Shown piece after piece: positions 59,024 to 64,000 of a stretch of DNA of 64,000 nt. Source of the stretch: an uncultured cyanobacterium (GTDB lineage Bacteria > Cyanobacteriota > Cyanobacteriia > PCC-9006 > JAAUQQ01); the NCBI GenBank assembly GCA_963718615.1, contig OY970368.1, positions 3,360,001-3,424,000 on the forward strand. The letters run 5' to 3'. How positions within the stretch are numbered: position 1 is the stretch's first letter; every line of letters begins with the position of its first letter. The notes beneath the pieces are model-generated. The model searched no databases. It was not told where the DNA came from and saw only the letters and a program-made list of their open reading frames with translations. Both the position numbers and the translations under genes were made by a program.

Positions 59024-61387
59024 CTAGAGCGTTTCCGCCACCTCCGCCGGAACCGGCGGCGAGAACAGAAAACCCTGCCCATAATCACACCCCAACGCTC
59101 GCAACAAACGAAGCTGTTCCCTGGTTTCAATGCCCTCCGCGATCGCCACCAACCCCAACCCCTGACACAACCGCACAATCGCCTCCGTAATCTGATGCTG
59201 CGGCCCCCCCAACTGCTGCACAAACGCCCGATCAATCTTCAGTACATCCACCGGAAAACGATGTAAATAGCTCAGAGAAGAATAACCCGTCCCAAAATCA
59301 TCCAAACTGATCTGAACGCCCAACCCCCGCAACGCCTCCAGACGCTCCGTCACCACCCGCGCCGAATCCATCAACACCGTCTCCGTAATCTCAAGCTTAA
59401 GCTGCTCAGCCGGAAACCCCGTCTCCCGCAAAACAGCCCGCACCGTCTCCACAAAATCCGGCTGCAAAAACTGACGACTCGACACATTCACACTCATCAA
59501 AATCGGCTCATGCTTTTCCCCTTGCCAAGTCGCCGCCTGCCGACAAGCAGACCGCAAAACCCACAAGCCAATCGGCACAATCAAACCCGTCTCCTCCGCC
59601 ACCGGAATAAACTCAAGCGGTGAAATCAGGCCCTCTTGGGGATGTTGCCAACGCACCAACGCCTCAAACCCCACAATCTTTTCCGTGGCGATCGCCACAA
59701 CCGGTTGATAATACACCCGAAACGGACTCGCCTCCCCCCGAGCCACTTGCTGCACCGCACACCGAAGCTCCGTTTCCAGCTTGAGCCGCGATCGCACCGA
59801 ATCATGCATATCCGGGTCAAACACCATAATGTGGGAGTGGCCCTCCGCCTTGGCGCGATACATGGCAATATCCGCATCCCGCAACATTTCCGTTGCCTGT
59901 TGATAGAGACCCGGTCCCTCCGTCATGCCAATGCTAACCGACGCAAAAATTTCTCGATCCTCGATCGAAAAGGGTAAAATCAGTTGCTTCCGCAAGCGTT
60001 CAGCCAAGGCAATCAGGGGCTCTGGGGCAGACCGGCGATCGCACAAAATCGCAAACTCATCTCCCCCCAACCGCGCAAAACAATCCGTCGGAGCCAGACA
60101 GGGCCGAAGTCGCTCGGCAATCGCCACCAATAGCTGATCCCCCACCCCATGGCCCCAACTATCATTCACCAGCTTGAAATCATCCAAATCTAAATAGAGC
60201 ACCGCAAACGGCGGCGTTGTGGCTTCCTCCAAGCGAGTCGCCTCCAAATGGGCCACCTCTAAATGGCGTTGCAGAATCTCGACAAAAGCAGCCCGGTTAT
60301 AGAGACCGGTTAATCGATCCTGTTGTGCTTGGGTGCGGAGGGTGATGAGATTGCGGTGATTTTCGGTGGCGATCGCCGCCAGATGGGTCGCCGTCATGAT
60401 CACCTGAGCATGGTAGGGCAGCGGCTGACAAGGTGCATGGTGAGAGAGCGCAAAGCTTCCCAGGGCCTGACCCGACTGGCTAAAAAAAGGTGTGGCCCAA
60501 CAGGCTTGGATATTATGGCTCAGGGCGAAATCCCGAAACGGCAGCCATAGGGGATCCGTCGCAATATTCTCCACAAACACCGGTTCCCGACGATAGAGCG
60601 CTGTCCCGCAGGAGGCAACCCCTTCGCCGATCGTCAACCCCTCTACCGCTTTTCCCCAGGCTTCGGGAAAGTGGGGAGCCGCCACTGGCTGCATTTTGGT
60701 GCCCGATTCGTCCAGCAGCATAATTGAGCACAGAGCGCTGGGGGTTTGTTCTTCGATCAACAAACAGAGACTGGTGAGAACCTCTGCCAGGGGGGCACCG
60801 AGGGCAAGCTGTTCGAGCACTGCACTTTGGGCACGCAGTAAGCCCTCGGACCGATGACGTTCCATTGCCATTGCCAACAGATGGGCAATCGATTGCAGAA
60901 ATTGTAGATCGTCCCGTTGAAAGGGCCGATGGGCCACAGTGTGGAGTTCTAGGAGCGCCAGGGGCTGGCTGGCCGGAAAGGCAAAGAGTAACGTCTGTGT
61001 GCTGTCCGAGGGGGGAGACAAAGTTTGCCAAAAGGCGGATGGCAGTTGTGCCGATAGACCCAGCCACAGGGGGTTCGTCCCTCGCAGCAGCGCTTCGCTC
61101 CAATTGTGATGGGCCGTCAGCGGCAAGACTCGGTTCGGCGGGGGCGGAAAGGCGGGGGTGCTGCTGCTGAGCCAAAGACTGCGATCGGACCGCAATTGCC
61201 AAAGTCGACAATGGGAGATGCCCAGGGCCTCTGCAATTTCCTGAACGGCCTCCTGGTACAGCTCGCTGAGGGAAGTGCTGGCGATCGCCCCTTGTCCCAA
61301 CTGATTCAAGGCTTGATATTGCCGTGCATGCTGGAAGTACAACAGCGGCGTGGGACCAGAACTCGGCGAGGGATGAGTCAGTTGCAT
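59024..61387 (-). CDS. GAF-GAF-GGDEF-EAL protein
   Basis: Two GAF-like regions ('SCGTA...[12 protein letters not shown]'), 'RLGGDEF', 'FEALVRW', '[13 protein letters not shown]'. Confidence 0.9.
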   Translation of the reverse strand: MQLTHPSPSSGPTPLLYFQHARQYQALNQLGQGAIASTSLSELYQEAVQEIAEALGISHCRLWQLRSDRSLWLSSSTPAFPPPPNRVLPLTAHHNWSEALLRGTNPLWLGLSAQLPSAFWQTLSPPSDSTQTLLFAFPASQPLALLELHTVAHRPFQRDDLQFLQSIAHLLAMAMERHRSEGLLRAQSAVLEQLALGAPLAEVLTSLCLLIEEQTPSALCSIMLLDESGTKMQPVAAPHFPEAWGKAVEGLTIGEGVASCGTALYRREPVFVENIATDPLWLPFRDFALSHNIQACWATPFFSQSGQALGSFALSHHAPCQPLPYHAQVIMTATHLAAIATENHRNLITLRTQAQQDRLTGLYNRAAFVEILQRHLEVAHLEATRLEEATTPPFAVLYLDLDDFKLVNDSWGHGVGDQLLVAIAERLRPCLAPTDCFARLGGDEFAILCDRRSAPEPLIALAERLRKQLILPFSIEDREIFASVSIGMTEGPGLYQQATEMLRDADIAMYRAKAEGHSHIMVFDPDMHDSVRSRLKLETELRCAVQQVARGEASPFRVYYQPVVAIATEKIVGFEALVRWQHPQEGLISPLEFIPVAEETGLIVPIGLWVLRSACRQAATWQGEKHEPILMSVNVSSRQFLQPDFVETVRAVLRETGFPAEQLKLEITETVLMDSARVVTERLEALRGLGVQISLDDFGTGYSSLSYLHRFPVDVLKIDRAFVQQLGGPQHQITEAIVRLCQGLGLVAIAEGIETREQLRLLRALGCDYGQGFLFSPPVPAEVAETL

Positions 61388-61700
61388 AGCGGTTTAAGCG
61401 AAGTGGACCATTCGGGGATGGTGGGGGATGGTTCATGGGCGAACGCAACGAGTCTCCGATTCAGCCGCCTCATCTCAACCACGGTAAATTAACTCTATAT
61501 CATAAAAAACAGCGTTTCTAATGATGCGTATTCTGTATCTTCTTCCGAGAAAATACCGGTTCCCATGGATTTTCTAGAGATTTGGAACTACCCGTGGAGG
61601 GAGATTAGAGGTAAATTGACCAAGCTGAACGATTTTCCCGAAATCTCTGCCTTAGGATGAGGTCCATCCCTATTAGGGCGTTTTAAGGAGTAAATTGGGT

Positions 61701-63125
61701 ATGCATGAAGAGATGCAGGGACAAGTTCGGCCCAGTCCGGAAGCGGTGATGGAGATGGATCAGGGGGCGATCGCCCGTTGGTTTAAGTTTGCGCAAAATG
61801 GCACTACGCTTCGCACGGAAATTCTGGCAGGGTTCACGACGTTTATGACCATGGCTTATATCCTGGTCGTCAATCCTGCCATTCTGTCGGAGGCCATCTT
61901 TTTAAATCAGTCCGGTGACCTGTTTCCAGAGTTAGTTGTTGCGACATCGATTTCTGCGGCGGTGGGCACCTTGGTGATGGCTTTGGCCGCGAACTATCCC
62001 TTTTGCCTCGCACCGGGAATGGGCATTAATGCCTTTTTTACCTATTCCGTTGTCATTGGTTTGGGCATCGATTGGCGATTGGCCTTGGGCTGCGTTTTTG
62101 TGGAGGGTCTAATTTTTATTGCCCTGACGCTGACAGATATCCGGCGGCATATTATCAAGGCGATTCCAGATAGTTTGAAGAGTGCTACAGGGGCCGGAAT
62201 TGGCCTCTTTATTGCCTATATTGGACTCTCTGGCAATCCGGATCTAGGCGGTGCAGGATTGATTGTTGCGAATCCAGCGACGAAAACGGCCTTTGGCAGT
62301 TTGAAATCCATGCCAACGATGATGGCCGTGGTTGGGCTACTGATTACCGCTGCGTTTTTAGTCCGGCGGGTAAAGGGCGCATTGCTCTGGGGCATTTTGG
62401 CAACGGCGTTGCTTGGCTGGATCCTAGGTGTGACGCCTTGGCCCACAGGGATTGTTCAGATGCCACCAGGGTTTCAGGATTTGTTTGGCCAAGCGATTAC
62501 GGGCTTAAGTCAACTCAATGGTGCCAACTGGGTCAACTTTATTGCGGCGCTCTTTGTCTTCTTATTTGTCGATATTTTTGATACGATTGGAACCTTAAGT
62601 GGTGTAGGTAAGCGGGCCGGTTATATCGATGAAAAGGGTGAACTGCCTCGGGCCAATCAAGCCCTTTTAGCGGATGCGATCGCCACCACCACCGGCGCAA
62701 TCTTTGGAACTTCGTCCGTTACCACGTTTGTCGAATCCGCTTCTGGCATTGCGGAAGGGGGAAGAACCGGTTTTACGGCTGTCATTGCAGGCGTGTTGTT
62801 TCTGCTTTCAATGTTTTTGATTCCGCTGTTTTCGGCAATTCCTGCCTACGCCACTGCACCAGCGTTGGTTCTAGTGGGTGTCTTGATGATGTCCAATATT
62901 TTGAATATTCGCTGGGGCGATCTGGGGGAGGCGATTCCGGCGTTTCTGGTCATCTTTATGATTCCGTTGACCTACTCGATCGCCGAAGGCTTAGCAGTTG
63001 GATTCATTGCCTATCCATTAATTAAGTCTTTTCAGGGTAAAGCCCAAGAAGTGCCCCTGGCGACTTGGATTGTTGCGGCTATTTTTGTCGCCCGCTTTGT
63101 GTTTATGACCCTGCGTTTTGGCTAG
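61701..63125 (+). CDS. NCS2/AzgA-like purine permease
   Basis: 'E..AG.TTF.TMAYI.VVNP.IL', 'APGMG.NAFF', 'FDTIGTL', 'ES..G...GGRTG'. Confidence 0.92.
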   Translation: MHEEMQGQVRPSPEAVMEMDQGAIARWFKFAQNGTTLRTEILAGFTTFMTMAYILVVNPAILSEAIFLNQSGDLFPELVVATSISAAVGTLVMALAANYPFCLAPGMGINAFFTYSVVIGLGIDWRLALGCVFVEGLIFIALTLTDIRRHIIKAIPDSLKSATGAGIGLFIAYIGLSGNPDLGGAGLIVANPATKTAFGSLKSMPTMMAVVGLLITAAFLVRRVKGALLWGILATALLGWILGVTPWPTGIVQMPPGFQDLFGQAITGLSQLNGANWVNFIAALFVFLFVDIFDTIGTLSGVGKRAGYIDEKGELPRANQALLADAIATTTGAIFGTSSVTTFVESASGIAEGGRTGFTAVIAGVLFLLSMFLIPLFSAIPAYATAPALVLVGVLMMSNILNIRWGDLGEAIPAFLVIFMIPLTYSIAEGLAVGFIAYPLIKSFQGKAQEVPLATWIVAAIFVARFVFMTLRFG

Positions 63126-63148
63126 GGATTGCCCCTTGGCAAGGGCGC

Positions 63149-64000
63149 TTAACGGGGTTGCTCTGGGGAGCGCAAATCGGTTTCAGCCAAATCTCGCCGC
63201 AGCACCCAGCCATGGGGGCTCTGAATGATTCGAGGCAGCTTGGCTTGCGCCAAGATCTCCAAGCTCGGCAAAACATAGGTGGTATAGAGCGTCTGGGGTG
63301 GTGCAGCCAGGGCATCCACCTCAATGACGGTCAAGGTTTTTCGAGCGGCCAAATCACTCCCGAGCAGTTGCCGAGGGCCGCTACCGATCGCCCCGGTATA
63401 TAAAAGCTCCAAGCCCCCTCGATGGCCGGGATAGTAAGCGTGGTGATGACCGCTGATGTAGGTATGAACCTGATACCGTTCGAGGAGCGATCGCAACCCA
63501 TCGCCCTCATCCAAAAATTCACCGGGGCGATCGCGATTGACAGCAACGGGATACAGCGGCAAATGGCCAATGACGATCCGCAGCCGCGCCTTGCGAGCGG
63601 CGGGGCTTTGTAACTGGGCCTCAACCCAGGCTAGCTGCTCGGTGTCTAGCTGCGCCGTCGAGGCGTCCCAAACCAAATAAAAAATTTCATCCTGGGCAAA
63701 GGTGTAATAGAACGGAAAATGACTGCGATCGAGAAAGGCCAATCCGGGGTCATGGGCTGGATCTGTCCAGTAGGCTTGGGCGAGGTGGCGATCGCGCTCG
63801 AAGGTATATCTGCCACCGCTGCGAGCCCCAGAACCATCATGGTTGCCCAGGGTAAAGCCGAGGGGAATTTGGGCTTGCGCTAAAGGTTTGCGAATATGGG
63901 CCTCAAACCCAGCCCACATAGCCTGAACCTGAGCATCGCTAAGGCTTTGTTTTTGCCCCGCCACCATGTCACCCCCACAAAGGACCAAATCCGGCTGCCA
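63149..64000 (-). CDS. Calcineurin-like metallophosphoesterase (5'-truncated by window edge)
   Basis: 'GGDMVAG', 'GNHD', 'GHLP', 'SGHHH'. Confidence 0.85.
   Translation of the reverse strand, partial: WQPDLVLCGGDMVAGQKQSLSDAQVQAMWAGFEAHIRKPLAQAQIPLGFTLGNHDGSGARSGGRYTFERDRHLAQAYWTDPAHDPGLAFLDRSHFPFYYTFAQDEIFYLVWDASTAQLDTEQLAWVEAQLQSPAARKARLRIVIGHLPLYPVAVNRDRPGEFLDEGDGLRSLLERYQVHTYISGHHHAYYPGHRGGLELLYTGAIGSGPRQLLGSDLAARKTLTVIEVDALAAPPQTLYTTYVLPSLEILAQAKLPRIIQSPHGWVLRRDLAETDLRSPEQPR

Noticed and set aside
61490-61700. Purine riboswitch upstream of the NCS2 permease
   Set aside because: Only an isolated GTTTCTA. The P1-P3 stems and loop motifs are not present.

Overview
Chromosomal segment of a cyanobacterium (psbA, clpR-clpP3, guaB3-trxA, cytochrome c6-like gene, dense HIP1 GCGATCGC octamers). 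Most of it is housekeeping: tex, lptA-lptB-lptF/G, pepA, tldD/E, ddl, an NCS2 permease. Two accessory regions stand out. (1) A ~14.5-kb AT-rich, HIP1-poor block (~19980-34495) between a LOG-family gene and pepA. One arm has a RohP/MppP-type PLP-dependent arginine oxidase, a RohR-like DHDPS-family aldolase and an SMR transporter with Asp at the Glu14 position. The divergent arm has two orphan periplasmic-binding lipoproteins, a hybrid His kinase, a single-domain receiver, a HisKA-REC-PP2C phosphatase and a SiaB/SiaC-like (Slr1658/Slr1659-type) partner-switch pair. It converges on a PAS-GGDEF-EAL-coiled-coil-GGDEF enzyme. My inference is a make-export-sense circuit in which an arginine-derived guanidino/2-aminoimidazole molecule controls c-di-GMP. 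(2) A surface-protein region (~46500-58510): GT2, a PTPA-CTERM protein, an RTX protein, three TPR-fused tailoring enzymes (GT61, methyltransferase, sulfotransferase) and two tandem lamin-tail + Hint proteins. Also notable are a D1 with Trp at position 126 and a TPR-fused pseudokinase. No tRNA, rRNA, CRISPR array, integrase or transposase was recognised. All family calls come from reading motifs, not database searches.
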